From IMG/VR virus record IMGVR_UViG_3300032298_000389: 64,000 nucleotides of DNA. One strand, written 5' to 3'. Source of the stretch: an uncultured virus (IMG/VR IMGVR_UViG_3300032298_000389). Lineage: Duplodnaviria; Heunggongvirae; Uroviricota; Caudoviricetes. Numbering within the stretch: the stretch's first letter is position 1; the number at the start of each line of letters is the position of its first letter. The position numbers were made by a program, and so were the translations under genes. The notes under the pieces are model-generated. The model did no database searches. It saw nothing but the letters and a program-made list of their open reading frames with translations, and was not told where the DNA came from. Below are positions 49,340-61,800 of the stretch, one piece after another.

Positions 49340-52300
49340 ATGGCAAAGAAACAAGGTTTACAGGATACATCCCAAATAGTAACTGATTCATTTACTAAAG
49401 GTTTGAATAAAGATTCAGACCCTTCTTTCGTTTCTGAAGGAATGTGGACTCATGCAATCAATACAGTTAACAATACTATTGAAGGTGATGTAGGTACATT
49501 ATCTAATGAAATATCAAATTTTTTATGTGCTACAACTGGTGCAACAATGCCAATTACAGCAACTAAAAAATATATAATTGGTGCAATATATCTTTACTCA
49601 GACAAATGGATAATATTTACAGCTGGTCATAATGATTTAGGAAAAAGAATTATGTCTGAGATAGGTTTATTAGAAGAAGATGTTTGTATATATAGACCTA
49701 TTGTACAAGATCGTTGTTTAAACTTTGATAAAAGATATCTTATATCAGGAGCATCTAGAGAAAAAGAAGATTGTTCTTGGCAAGTATATTGGGCTGATGG
49801 ATTTAATCCAGATAGATATTTAAATATTGGTGATCCTAAACTATGGCCAACATTAAATTATCAATGGGTTGGTGGTGGATCCACAACAATGAACTATTAT
49901 TCAAATGGAATTAATACACAATTTCTTTGGCCTGGTGTACAATGGATTGAAAGAGAAAGTATACTTAATGAGTGTACATTTACTACTTATAAAAATTCAT
50001 TAGATTGTGAAAATACAAGACTTGCAAGATTAATGACTACACCTTGTCTTAATTTAACTTTAGGACAATCTGGAGGAACACTTGCTAATGGTACTTACTT
50101 TGCAGTTATTGCATATACAATAAAAGGACAAAAAGTAACTGACTGGTTTTCTCAAAGTAATAATCAGTTTGTATTTAGTGTTAGTGATTTAAATGGTTCA
50201 CTCATATTAGAAGTTAATGCTGATCAAGAAAACTTTGATGAATTTTCACTTGTTATTGTGTCCGCAATTAATCAACAAACTGTTGCAACTCAAATGGGAT
50301 TTTATCCTACTTCAACAACAAGAATAGCAATAGATCAAATTAATCCAAGTTTAGTAAAAGTACCATTAGAACAATTACCTATACTTACTCCTGTATTTGA
50401 AACTTCAGATCAAATTACTGAGGTTAATAATTATTTATTAAGAGTTGGTCCAAGATCTAAGTTTGATTTTAATTATCAGCCACTTGCTAACATGATTGGA
50501 ACTAAATGGGTAAGTGTTGAGTATCCTGGTGATTATTACATAAAGGGTGGTAATAAAACAAACTACCTTAGAGATGAGGTTTATACTTTCTATATTAGAT
50601 GGATTTATGATACAGGAGATAAATCTGCTTCATATCATATTCCAGGTAGAGCTCCTAGAAATTTTAATATACCTAATGGTCCAACAAAATTTGAAACAGA
50701 AGACTACAATGATCAAGATGCATTAGCAACAGATGATAGTGTATTTGAAATATATAATACTGCTTCTGCAAATGCTGCAGCATTTGGAACATTACCTGGT
50801 GCTACATTTAACAGCACATTAATGAAATGGGTATTAGATGATGGAGGAGTGGTTCTTTCATCTGGTGATATGGGATATTGGCAATCTACAGAAAACTATC
50901 CAAATGATAGACCTGATGTTTGGAATTCAAGTTACTATTGTTGGACCGGTCCTGATGCACAAATCCCTGCTGGAAAAACAGAAGGTCTTTATGATCTTTG
51001 TGGTAAAAAAATTAGACATCATAAATTTCCAGAAAACTTTATTAATAATAATAATACAACAGACACTATACACTTTAGTACTAATCCAAACTCTGCAACG
51101 GCAGGAAACAATTTTACAATTAGGTTAATGAGTGTAGTATTTGAAAATATCATTTTACCTAAAGATCAGGATGGAAATGATATTCCTGGAATTGTTGGTT
51201 ATGAAATTCTTAGAGGTTCTAGAGAAGCTAATAAAACAATTGTAGCTAAAGGAATGATTAATAACTTTAGAAGTTATACACCAAGAGGAAGTGCTGGTTT
51301 ATTTAAAACAGGTCTTTATCAAAACTATCCATACAATACAATTTTACCTATAGGATATTCATCAACTAATGGTGATCATAATTATCAGTACAATGACCCT
51401 TATATAAAGAATGAAAAGAAAAATAAAGTTGATGTTTACAATCAAAGTATTCCAACAGATATTTTTACATTTCATTCTCCTGATACAATGTTCAGTACTC
51501 CATTTTTGTCAATGACAGAATTTAAATTATATGGATCATTACAGGGTTATGCTGATATGAATTTCCAAGAACCTAGTGATCATCCTAAATGGAAATTACT
51601 TGCTAATAGTGTTGTTACAGCAATGATAGTTGCAGGTGTTGCTGAAGCTATCATATCTTTAATAGGTAAAAGAACTATTAATCAACCAAATGCAATTCCT
51701 GGTTCTGGAGCATCAGATGCTGCAGGTGTTGCTTATGCTGCAAATACTGCAGGTGCAACAGCATTAGTTGCTTCAGCTGGTACTTATAATACTTTTACTG
51801 GGGGATACTATACAGGACTTGGACCAGTTACTGATGCTCTTTTATCATTAATAGGTGGTTACTCTGCAACATCAGTTGCAGTTCAAGACCAATTATATGC
51901 TGCTGCAGTAAATACTGCAGCTATAAGTGGAGCAACTGTTCCAATTACAATTAATGGAACAATTGAATTTCCTAAATGGGCTTACTTAGATCCTGTAACA
52001 AGATCTCTTGGTGCTCTAAATCAACTTGCATATTATTTTTCAGAAGGTGCAGATGTTACATTACAGTTATTTTATGCACTTACTCCATTTAGACAATATG
52101 CTATGCAATCTGTTAGTCATGGATATTATAGTAATATGCTAAGACCTTCAACATCACAATTAAAAAGATTTACAATTGATGAGTCTTTTTATTTGAGAGA
52201 TAACATACAAGATGTACCAAAGTATCAAGATGTTGTTTCTGGTACCTATTACACATATATGATTAATAATTTAAAAAGATCTGATGCTGTAACTGTAAGA

Positions 52301-54823
52301 ACAAAATCTGGTCCTTATTATAATCCTGCATATCCTCAAGGAGTAAACATTGGTCCTAGTTTAATTACATCAGGTTTTCAAGATAAGTCATTAGTTACAA
52401 TTGGTACAATAGTTCAAAATAGTAGTGACTCATTATTTAATAATCAAACTATTCCTCAATTTAATGAGGATGATAAAGATAATCCTTTTAGATTACCAAT
52501 AACAAGTTATTATGGAGCATTAAAAGGAAGAGTTAGAAATCAGTATGGTCAATTAGGTAGTGAGTATCAAATAATAATTACTCCATGTGAACAAAAATTA
52601 TCTAGCTATAATGTACCTGAAAATACATGGGTATGTCCTATAAATAATAATGAATATAAATTTAAAAGAATAGTAAGAACTGAAGTTTTTTTTGGTGGTG
52701 ATACTTATATAAATAGATACACAGAAAAAAATAATATGACTTTCTTTTATGATTGGTTATATGATCAACCTGACGGTTTTGAATTTAATTACTATTTACG
52801 TAATATGATTCCTTTAGCCAGATTTAAAGTTAACAGTATAAAGTATGATACAGGGTTTTTATCAGAATTAGTAAACTTTACTTCTCCGGCTGTACCTGGT
52901 ACGGGAGGTTTACCTAGTGCTTTTTATAATATGGATTATTATGTATGTAAAAATTGTTTAGGTATACCAGGTAATAATAGACTTTATAACTATGCTACTG
53001 ATGTGGAAGAAGGTGATCTTCTTGGAGATAAGTATAGAGGTTTATGGTCTGTAAGAGATGCATATTTTTATCTTGCTAATTCAGGTATAAGAGACTTCTT
53101 TGTTGAGTCTGATGTTCTTGTTGACTTTAGAAAACAAAGTATAAATGAAGGTGGTAAACATTATGATCCTTATAGATATACAGATTACATTGCAATGGCT
53201 GATATGAATCCTGGTGTAATGGGTAAACTAAGTGAGTATATTTATGATTATTCTTTAAGTGTATCTAAACTATATAATCAATATTTTTCAGCAGGAAGTA
53301 CACAGTCTAAATATTATGATCCAAACATATCTAAGTTTTGTTATACATATTTTCCAGACAGAATTATTTATTCTCTTCCTCAACAAGATGAATCAATAAA
53401 AGATAGTTGGTTTATTTATTTAGTAAACAACTATAAAGAATTTAAAGGTCAGGTTTCCGGAGTTAAAGCAATTAACAAAAGTGGTATCTTCATTACATTT
53501 AAAAATGAAAGTCCACAAATGTTTCAAGGAGTTGATACACTTGAAACAGATCTTAATACAAAGATTACTATTGGAGATGGTGGATTATTTAGTCAACCAC
53601 AACAAGCTGTAACAAATGCAGATAAAGCATATGAGTATGGGTCATCACAAAATAGATTATCAGTTATCTCTACTCCAGTAGGAATATATTATATGTCTCA
53701 GAATCAAGGACGTATATTTAGTTATACTCAAGGATTACAAGAGATATCTCAAGCTGGTATGAAATGGTGGTTTATTTTATATATGCCTTACAGATTAACT
53801 GAAGATTTTCCTAATTATCCTTGGCAAGATAATCCTGTTGCAGGTATAGGATGTCAATCTACATTTGATAGTTCTAGTTCAGTACTTTATTTTACTAAAA
53901 AAGATTATTATCTAAAAGATGAATTTAAAAATAGAGTTACCTATAGACCAATGAAAGGAGATGGATCAGGTGATGATTTTATTTTAGATAATAATTTTAA
54001 CTTAAGATTTAATCTTGGTAATGAGTATTTATTTGAGGATGCTTCATGGACAATAAGTTATGATCCTAAAATGCAATATTGGGTTTCATTCCATGACTGG
54101 CATCCGGATTTAACAATACCTACAAAAGATATATTTCTGACTACTAAAGATAATACTATATGGAAACATAATTATATCTGTGATGGCTTCTGTAATTTCT
54201 ATGGACAACAGTATGGTTGGGAAATTGAATTTCCAATTGCAACTCAACAGATGGTAATGACAACTCGTTCTATAGAATATGCATTAGAATGTTATAGAAG
54301 AAATGGAAATAGTTGTATTGATCAACATCATGTATTAGATTATAATTTTGATCAAGCTATACTTTACAATACAGAGCAAGTTTCAGGATATTTGAATCTT
54401 AATCTTTATCCAAAAAATGATATTAATTTATCATTGCAATATCCTAAGTTAGGTACAAATCTAGCATCATATGATATCCTTTTCTCTAAAGAAGAAAACA
54501 AATACAGATTTAATCAATTCTGGGATATAACAAAAGATAGAGATGAGTTTCCAATTAATTCTGATTATCCACCTACTGGTCCATTAATTCCTGGTACTAC
54601 AATTTTACAAGGTAACTACTCTTCAGAAAATACATGGATTACAACACAAGATGGTTATACAAGAATTCTGAATCCTAATAATATGGATTATACTAAACCA
54701 GAACTGCAAAGAAAAAAGTTTAGACATTATATCAATTTCTTAAATTTAAGAAGAAAACAATGTAGTAATATAAACATGATTCTTAAATTTACTAATACTA
54801 AAAATCAATACTCTCCAAGATAA
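49340..54823 (+). CDS. Tail stabilisation (muzzle) protein
   Basis: 1827 aa; GLNKD, YLRDEVY, IRHHKFP, GGDTYI and WVSFHDW.P motifs. Confidence 0.75.
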   Translation: MAKKQGLQDTSQIVTDSFTKGLNKDSDPSFVSEGMWTHAINTVNNTIEGDVGTLSNEISNFLCATTGATMPITATKKYIIGAIYLYSDKWIIFTAGHNDLGKRIMSEIGLLEEDVCIYRPIVQDRCLNFDKRYLISGASREKEDCSWQVYWADGFNPDRYLNIGDPKLWPTLNYQWVGGGSTTMNYYSNGINTQFLWPGVQWIERESILNECTFTTYKNSLDCENTRLARLMTTPCLNLTLGQSGGTLANGTYFAVIAYTIKGQKVTDWFSQSNNQFVFSVSDLNGSLILEVNADQENFDEFSLVIVSAINQQTVATQMGFYPTSTTRIAIDQINPSLVKVPLEQLPILTPVFETSDQITEVNNYLLRVGPRSKFDFNYQPLANMIGTKWVSVEYPGDYYIKGGNKTNYLRDEVYTFYIRWIYDTGDKSASYHIPGRAPRNFNIPNGPTKFETEDYNDQDALATDDSVFEIYNTASANAAAFGTLPGATFNSTLMKWVLDDGGVVLSSGDMGYWQSTENYPNDRPDVWNSSYYCWTGPDAQIPAGKTEGLYDLCGKKIRHHKFPENFINNNNTTDTIHFSTNPNSATAGNNFTIRLMSVVFENIILPKDQDGNDIPGIVGYEILRGSREANKTIVAKGMINNFRSYTPRGSAGLFKTGLYQNYPYNTILPIGYSSTNGDHNYQYNDPYIKNEKKNKVDVYNQSIPTDIFTFHSPDTMFSTPFLSMTEFKLYGSLQGYADMNFQEPSDHPKWKLLANSVVTAMIVAGVAEAIISLIGKRTINQPNAIPGSGASDAAGVAYAANTAGATALVASAGTYNTFTGGYYTGLGPVTDALLSLIGGYSATSVAVQDQLYAAAVNTAAISGATVPITINGTIEFPKWAYLDPVTRSLGALNQLAYYFSEGADVTLQLFYALTPFRQYAMQSVSHGYYSNMLRPSTSQLKRFTIDESFYLRDNIQDVPKYQDVVSGTYYTYMINNLKRSDAVTVRTKSGPYYNPAYPQGVNIGPSLITSGFQDKSLVTIGTIVQNSSDSLFNNQTIPQFNEDDKDNPFRLPITSYYGALKGRVRNQYGQLGSEYQIIITPCEQKLSSYNVPENTWVCPINNNEYKFKRIVRTEVFFGGDTYINRYTEKNNMTFFYDWLYDQPDGFEFNYYLRNMIPLARFKVNSIKYDTGFLSELVNFTSPAVPGTGGLPSAFYNMDYYVCKNCLGIPGNNRLYNYATDVEEGDLLGDKYRGLWSVRDAYFYLANSGIRDFFVESDVLVDFRKQSINEGGKHYDPYRYTDYIAMADMNPGVMGKLSEYIYDYSLSVSKLYNQYFSAGSTQSKYYDPNISKFCYTYFPDRIIYSLPQQDESIKDSWFIYLVNNYKEFKGQVSGVKAINKSGIFITFKNESPQMFQGVDTLETDLNTKITIGDGGLFSQPQQAVTNADKAYEYGSSQNRLSVISTPVGIYYMSQNQGRIFSYTQGLQEISQAGMKWWFILYMPYRLTEDFPNYPWQDNPVAGIGCQSTFDSSSSVLYFTKKDYYLKDEFKNRVTYRPMKGDGSGDDFILDNNFNLRFNLGNEYLFEDASWTISYDPKMQYWVSFHDWHPDLTIPTKDIFLTTKDNTIWKHNYICDGFCNFYGQQYGWEIEFPIATQQMVMTTRSIEYALECYRRNGNSCIDQHHVLDYNFDQAILYNTEQVSGYLNLNLYPKNDINLSLQYPKLGTNLASYDILFSKEENKYRFNQFWDITKDRDEFPINSDYPPTGPLIPGTTILQGNYSSENTWITTQDGYTRILNPNNMDYTKPELQRKKFRHYINFLNLRRKQCSNINMILKFTNTKNQYSPR

Positions 54824-57800
54824 TGTTAAATAAGAAAGTTATAATTGATTCTCTTAGAAATCTTAGTAAACCTACTAAGATGACTAATAAGAATTCTTTT
54901 GATTTTAAAAAAGGAGGATCAAAAAAAGAAGGATTTATTTCTGCTCAAGAGGGAGTAGAAACTCCTATATATAAAGCTGTAAAAGTGGGAGCTTCTCCTA
55001 TTGAAGGAAAAGGATTATTTGCAGATCAAGCAATAAGAAAAGGAGATGTAATTGGTGTGTCTCATATCAGAAAAAAATTCATGAAAGATGGAGACGAATA
55101 TCAAGCACCATTTCCATCTACTGTTCTTGGTTATTATAATCATAGTGAAGAACCAAATGTTTATGAAGTAGATAATGGTGATCATATAGTAATGGTTGCT
55201 GGACGTGATATCCAAAGAGGTCAAGAACTTACATCTAATTATAACAAACATAATATTGAAGACTTAGAAGTTCCAGAAGATTTTAAAAAAGGTGGAGCTA
55301 CTAAAAGACCTTCACTACCAAGTAAAAAAAGTCCAAGATCATATTCAAGAAGTTTTGAGGCTACTAATAGATTGTTTGCACAGCATCCTCTATTTAAAAA
55401 ACCTAAATCTAGAAAGAATAAAATCTTTGATCCTAATTCTGAGTATTATGATAAAGGTGGAGAACCTCCATATAATAATTTACCTCCTACATATTTAACT
55501 GCTTTACAGAATTTTATTTATCCTAATGTAAAAGATGATCCTGAAAGAACAGGATATAATTCAATCAATAATACTATTAATTATGATTCTCAAAGTCCTA
55601 TAGAAAATATGGATAACAAATGGTGGATGGAACATGAGTTATTTCATGATTTGCAAAACCAAGCAGGAGGAATGAGTACATTAGGTATTGTAGGACAAAG
55701 ACCAAATCCATATGTAGCATCTGATGAATCTATGCAAGGATATTATGATAGAAGAAATGCTGACTTAGAAAGATCAATAGATAGTATGATTGCTCAAAAT
55801 CCGGATTTACAATTTATTCCTAGAAATAAATTAGCTGAAGGAGCTGGACCTGGATTTATTGGTGCAGAAGATCTTCAGTATGCAGACCCCTCCACTTTAG
55901 AGGGAGAGGCTAGACAGTATGAACAATATATAAAAGAAGGTAATCCATCTATTTTTCCAAATAGAAAATATGGTGGGTTAATACAATATGCACCTGGTGG
56001 TGCAAGTGCAGATCCACCTGATTGGTTTACTAAAAAAGGTGCTAATCTTTATTTTAATCCTGCTTATCAAAATAACTTTACAGGAAGTACTAATAGATTT
56101 GATTCATATACTGATGGTTTTCCTATATATAAAGTTAACCCATCTGCTGTATTAGGTATTGAAGGTTCATTAAGTAAAGGAAGAGATGCAAGCAAAGAAG
56201 CTGGTAGAGGTTGGACATACAATGCATATGCTGGACTACCATATGATTCATTTAAGAAAAAGAACTTTACACCTTCAGCAGGTGTAATGTTTGACTATGA
56301 AAATTCCCCACAGGATAAAGCATTTAGACCACAAGCACAATTTGCAGCAGAGTATAATCCAACAGATGGATTTAGTATAAGTGGTACATCAGGTGCACGT
56401 TTTGCATTAACACCTTATGGAAACAAGAGGGTAAAACCAGGATATGGTGTAGGACATCTTGATATATATGGTGGTGGAAGATTTGGTCTTATTGATAGAC
56501 AAAATACAAGTGCAGGAATGATCTATGGTGCAAGAGTTCATGGAAAATACATGCCACGTTGGTTAAATAAACTTTCTAAAGGTTCCTATTTTTATGGTGA
56601 TGCAGGTTTGCAATTTGATCCAGTAAAGGGAAAAGGTTCTCAGAAAGAAACAGATCTTTCACTTCCAGGTGCTGTTGATTATAGTGGTCAACAATTATAT
56701 ACATCAGGAAAAGAACAAGATCCTGGTACAAAATGGGGTGCTACTGCTTATGCTAATGTTGGTATTAAAAAAGAAATTGATGATATTAAATTTTCAAAAG
56801 ATAAGAGAGCAAAAAAGATTCAAGAAATTGAGGATGAAGAAAAACGTGCAGAACAAGAAAACTATAGAAAAGAAGAACCTGTAATAGAAAAACCTAAAAA
56901 GGCATGTCCAGAAGGACAAGAAAGATATTGTGAAGATTGTCCATGTGAACCAATAGAAAGAGTAAGTCATCCACGATGGTTACAATATGGAGGTGGTATT
57001 GATCTTGATCTTGCTGATGAAGACATACAAAAATATGTTGATGGTGGATATATAGTTGAAGAACTACCAAAAGCTAGTAGAGGTAGAGAAAAGAAAACTT
57101 ATGTTGCTCCTAAACTAAATGAAGTACAATTTAAGCCAGTTGAGATACAAACATATAATCCTAAATTAAATGAGTATCAAATACATAAGGCAGAATTACC
57201 AGATAGAATAGTACCAGGAAGAGAGTATGCTGATGTTAAACATAAAATGGGTAATCTTAGAAAAGATCTTGGTATATCTGGATTTGAACATTTAATGAGT
57301 AAATATATTCCTGGAGCAGCTCACCCTATTTCATTAGTAAAAGATAGTGGAATAGTTATCGATCCTGCAACAGGAAAACTTTTAGATAGTAATACAAGAT
57401 ATTGGTTAAATAGAGAATATGGATTTGAACCTTCTATAGATCAGTTTTTTCAACAGATGTCAGGTACACTTGCAAAAGATTATGGTAAATTAATTATGTC
57501 TAGTGATACTCCATTTCAAAATAGAAAAATGGGTATTAATTATATGGATGAATTTGCTAGTCCGTATACTCAAAAGAATGGTCTTTTAAATTTGTTTGGT
57601 GAACCTACAGGAGGAGGTTCATTAATGATTGGAATGGGTATGATGGGTAAACCTGAATTTACTAAAGAAATCAAAAATCCGGATTACTTTAATCAGTTAT
57701 TAGATAGCTATACAACTAAACAATTATCATCTAGTTCTAAAAAATTCTACAAAGATTTAATTAATTCTGTGAAGAATCAAAATGGATTAGTTACAGAGAG

Positions 57801-58800
57801 ACAATACAATGAGCTTCAAAGATTAAAAACCGGTAATTTTGATTTTGGTAAAAAAGGTTATGCAGATGGTGGATTAGTAAAAGCTGCTAGAGGTTTGCCT
57901 GTAAAGAATGCAAAAAACTTAGGTAGACGAGCTAATATAGCCACTGTAGGTACAGCAAATACATTAGCAAAAACATTTGCTCCTGTAATGATGAATCCTG
58001 CAAGAATACCTATGTTTGGAGCTAGAGTAGAAAACATGGGTCCTTTTACTGGTAGTCCTTTAAATGCATTACCTTTTTATGGTAAAAAAATAATGCCAGA
58101 ATCAAATACTGCATTTAGAAAATTTGGAGATAGTTTAGATTATGTAAAACTTTCTGGTGAATTAAATCCTGTACATGGTCCTCTTATAAGAATGGGTAAA
58201 GATCAAATAGCTTCAGAAGGTAACTGGGCTGCACTAAACCAACCAAATGAATGGTATCCAGGAGTTATGGCTGCTAAGTTTGATTTTAATGCACCAGGTA
58301 CAAATCTTGGATTTACTAAAATACCACAAAGAGATGGTGTATTAATTACTGATGCCCAGGGAAATAGAATGCCAGCAATCCCTATATCAGATCCTGGTTT
58401 ATCTTTCCAAAGAAGATTACCTTTCTCTAATAGATATGTAGATGTGAATATGAATAAACTAAGAAATGATCAATTTGATATTTCTACTGTAGGAACTAAT
58501 ACACAAGCACTATTAGAAAGATATGGTTATGGTATGGGTTATGCTGCACTTCTTGGTGCAATGGGATTAAGTGCTCCTCAAGAAATAATTGATGATTATA
58601 TCAATAAACCACTGATTGAAGGTTTCAATAAGACTCGTGATTTTTTACAACCTCTTGATGACAAAGCTAAAGAGTTATTAATTGATCCTTTCATCAAAGA
58701 AGAAGGTGGGGAAATAGATTATGAACTTGGTCAAGAAGTGGATGAAGAAACTAAAAGAAAATTAGAAGCATTAGGTTATACATTTGAAATAGTTAAATAA
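54823..58800 (+). CDS. Multidomain putative virion cargo protein with SET and HExxH domains
   Basis: SPIEGKGLFA...YNHSEEPN...RDIQRGQELTSNY (SET); MEHELFHDLQ...EGEAR (zincin-like). Confidence 0.8.
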   Translation: MLNKKVIIDSLRNLSKPTKMTNKNSFDFKKGGSKKEGFISAQEGVETPIYKAVKVGASPIEGKGLFADQAIRKGDVIGVSHIRKKFMKDGDEYQAPFPSTVLGYYNHSEEPNVYEVDNGDHIVMVAGRDIQRGQELTSNYNKHNIEDLEVPEDFKKGGATKRPSLPSKKSPRSYSRSFEATNRLFAQHPLFKKPKSRKNKIFDPNSEYYDKGGEPPYNNLPPTYLTALQNFIYPNVKDDPERTGYNSINNTINYDSQSPIENMDNKWWMEHELFHDLQNQAGGMSTLGIVGQRPNPYVASDESMQGYYDRRNADLERSIDSMIAQNPDLQFIPRNKLAEGAGPGFIGAEDLQYADPSTLEGEARQYEQYIKEGNPSIFPNRKYGGLIQYAPGGASADPPDWFTKKGANLYFNPAYQNNFTGSTNRFDSYTDGFPIYKVNPSAVLGIEGSLSKGRDASKEAGRGWTYNAYAGLPYDSFKKKNFTPSAGVMFDYENSPQDKAFRPQAQFAAEYNPTDGFSISGTSGARFALTPYGNKRVKPGYGVGHLDIYGGGRFGLIDRQNTSAGMIYGARVHGKYMPRWLNKLSKGSYFYGDAGLQFDPVKGKGSQKETDLSLPGAVDYSGQQLYTSGKEQDPGTKWGATAYANVGIKKEIDDIKFSKDKRAKKIQEIEDEEKRAEQENYRKEEPVIEKPKKACPEGQERYCEDCPCEPIERVSHPRWLQYGGGIDLDLADEDIQKYVDGGYIVEELPKASRGREKKTYVAPKLNEVQFKPVEIQTYNPKLNEYQIHKAELPDRIVPGREYADVKHKMGNLRKDLGISGFEHLMSKYIPGAAHPISLVKDSGIVIDPATGKLLDSNTRYWLNREYGFEPSIDQFFQQMSGTLAKDYGKLIMSSDTPFQNRKMGINYMDEFASPYTQKNGLLNLFGEPTGGGSLMIGMGMMGKPEFTKEIKNPDYFNQLLDSYTTKQLSSSSKKFYKDLINSVKNQNGLVTERQYNELQRLKTGNFDFGKKGYADGGLVKAARGLPVKNAKNLGRRANIATVGTANTLAKTFAPVMMNPARIPMFGARVENMGPFTGSPLNALPFYGKKIMPESNTAFRKFGDSLDYVKLSGELNPVHGPLIRMGKDQIASEGNWAALNQPNEWYPGVMAAKFDFNAPGTNLGFTKIPQRDGVLITDAQGNRMPAIPISDPGLSFQRRLPFSNRYVDVNMNKLRNDQFDISTVGTNTQALLERYGYGMGYAALLGAMGLSAPQEIIDDYINKPLIEGFNKTRDFLQPLDDKAKELLIDPFIKEEGGEIDYELGQEVDEETKRKLEALGYTFEIVK

Positions 58801-61800
58801 TGGCAAAGTATAGAATAACAAGTATACCGCAATATAGAGGTGGTGGAATGAAAAAGAAAAAGCAACCTGTTGTAAAATCAGGTTGGGATTCTCCTGTAGA
58901 AGGGTTTACTCCAGATAGTCCATTAGCAGCATTTATGCCTAACCAATCAATGATTAATCAACCTACTGAATATACTATAGATCCATCTCAACAAGATATA
59001 CCTTATAATCAAAGAACAGGTTTAGAACAACTTGCTACACAGCCTGAATTTGGAGATGTAGGTTATGGATATAAAAGAGATCCATTTACTGGTGAATTAA
59101 AAACTGTACCTGCAGGAACTACTACATATGAAAGAGATTATTTTGGAAGACTTATAGATAATGTAAAAGCAAATCCAGATGCACCTGTAGATTATGAAGG
59201 TAACAAATTAAATTGTGGTCCTGGAAAAAGACCTTGGAAAGGAGTATGTCTTACAGAAGAAGAGTATGCACAAGTTCAAGCTGAACAAGAAGAAAATTTA
59301 AGTTACTGGGATGAACAAGAAAAAAATAAGATTGCAAAACAAAATGAAGAATTTTTTAAAAAAGCTCAATTAGATTATGAAAATGAAATTGATACATATA
59401 TCAAGACGGCTACTACAAGAGGTAATAAACATAAGAAAGGTTCATTAGAACCTTTTAGAACATACAAAAAAGAACAATGGGAAGAAAAACAATCTGATGG
59501 TACTACTTTGCAGGATTGGTATAATGATAAAGATTTAAACGTTGCTGGTAAATCAGCATTTTATTTAGATAAAAAAGATCTTGGAGACGGTAACTATGAA
59601 GTAAGATTATATCCTAGACCGGCTATACAAGGTATGATGGTTCAGTATGGTGTACAACCTGGAGAGTTTGAAAAATTTCATGGACTTGATGCTAAACAAC
59701 TTAAGAAAGAATATGCACCTTTTTTAAAGGATGTGCATAATTACTATCTTGCTCAAGGACAAGACTTTATTGATAAGTGGACTAAACAAGGATTTTCTGC
59801 TGATGAAGTAAAAAGAAAATTAGTAAAAGATAAAAACTACGGTATCCCATCTGGAATTGAAAGTAACTTTAAAGATATAGCTGAAGATTTTGATTTTATA
59901 AACAATGCAACAAAATATTATGTAGACAACAATGGTGTAATGTATACTAAAGATAGAACAGGTAACGTATACAAATACACCAATGATCCTAATAATGAAG
60001 ATTTTAAAGTAGTTGACTATTCAACAACTGATGATAAAAAAAGTCCATTTTCTGATTCAAATAATAAACAAGCAACTTTTACTTGGCAACCTGTAGATAA
60101 ATCTAATATTAAAGTTGGTTCAGAAGGAGGACTATATATAGATGGTAAAGAAACTGCTTTATTTGATTATGATTACAAAGGTAGGAATAAGAATAAAAAT
60201 GAAAATACAATAATTAGTAATTATAAAAAATATATAAACGATCAAACAAAAAAAATTGCTCAAACAAATAATTTTAACATAGCACAAAGTTCTTATCAAA
60301 GTACTAATGACAGATTGTTTGATCATGTTTACGGTAATAGATGGATGACTGATTTAGAAGAAATTTCATTAGGAGATCAGTTAACACAAGGTGGATTAAA
60401 TAATCAGTATGTTACAGAATATAATAATGCTGTTAAAAAAATTAATGCACTTACTAAAGGTAAAGATGTATCAAAAAATCCTGATTATTATAGAAAAGAA
60501 AAAGCAAAAATTGTAGAACAATTTTTTAATAAAGTAAAAGGTACAGGAACTAAAGTAGGTGATGAAAAAGTAAACTTTGGTGCTCTAAGTGGATATTCAG
60601 AAGGATTTGGAGGAAGAGATGTTAGTGCATATAAAGATAAAGACAAATTAAAACAACAAAGAGATCTTACAACAAATGAGGAAGCATTATCACATTTACA
60701 GTATGCTTTTGCTAATAATATAAATCCTACTGAAAAAAATATTATTAATGATAGGTATAGAGGAGAGAAAGAGGGATGGAAAGAACAATATGGAAATAAC
60801 TTCTATGCATTTGCTGGATCTCCAGAAGGTAAAAATTTTTTAGAAAATTATAAAAGACAACCTACTTACGGTCAAGCATTATTTGATGAAGCCTATAAAA
60901 TTAAAGAAACCAATTTATTAACAGATAAATATAATAAAGATTTACAGATTACCAAACAAAGAATGGCAAAAATGAATGAAGATATGCCATGGTATGGAAA
61001 AGCTATAGATCAAGGTATGGCATTAATTCAACATCCATATGATACAGTAATGGATTGGAAATCAGGAAAACTACAAACACCATTATTAGGATTAATTGGA
61101 GATCAACCTTATCAAGCAGATTTAGATTGGCTTGATGCTACATATGGTACTGGTGCATCTCAAATATATCAAGAGAATTTACAATCAATGCAAAATGATC
61201 CTGTATCACAATTTACTAGTTTAATCAATCCTTTTTATTTTGCTGGTTTAACAGGAAGAGGTTTAAATAGAAGATTAGTACATGATGATCCTCAAGCAAA
61301 TTGGGGAGATATTGGTATGAATGCATTGTTTGCTTTTTTACCTGCATCAAAAAAATTACAAGGAATAATGGGTGCAAAGTTACTTGCTCCTGTAGCTAAG
61401 TATGCACCTGCAGCATTAAAAACAGGTAAATATTTACCACGTATTGGTAATGCTGTAAATAATTTAGTAACACCAAATACTGCATTAAATACATACTTTT
61501 TAAATCATGCTTTTGTTCCACATACTGATCCTGAAACAGGAAAAACTGTACAAGGTTTTGGAACTCAAGCATATAGTAATATTTATGATGCAATTGGAAG
61601 AGATGAAAATGGTGAATTAAAATTAGATTGGGATAAGATATCACCAAATCTTATAAATGCATACATGGCAACTCATATAGGTAAAGGTGCTTTAGGTAAT
61701 GCAAATCAATTTATTGGAAACTCATTAGGTAGACCATCTTTAATAAATACAAGTAAATTAACACAGCCTGTAACAGACAGATTACAAAATTTTAAAAGTG

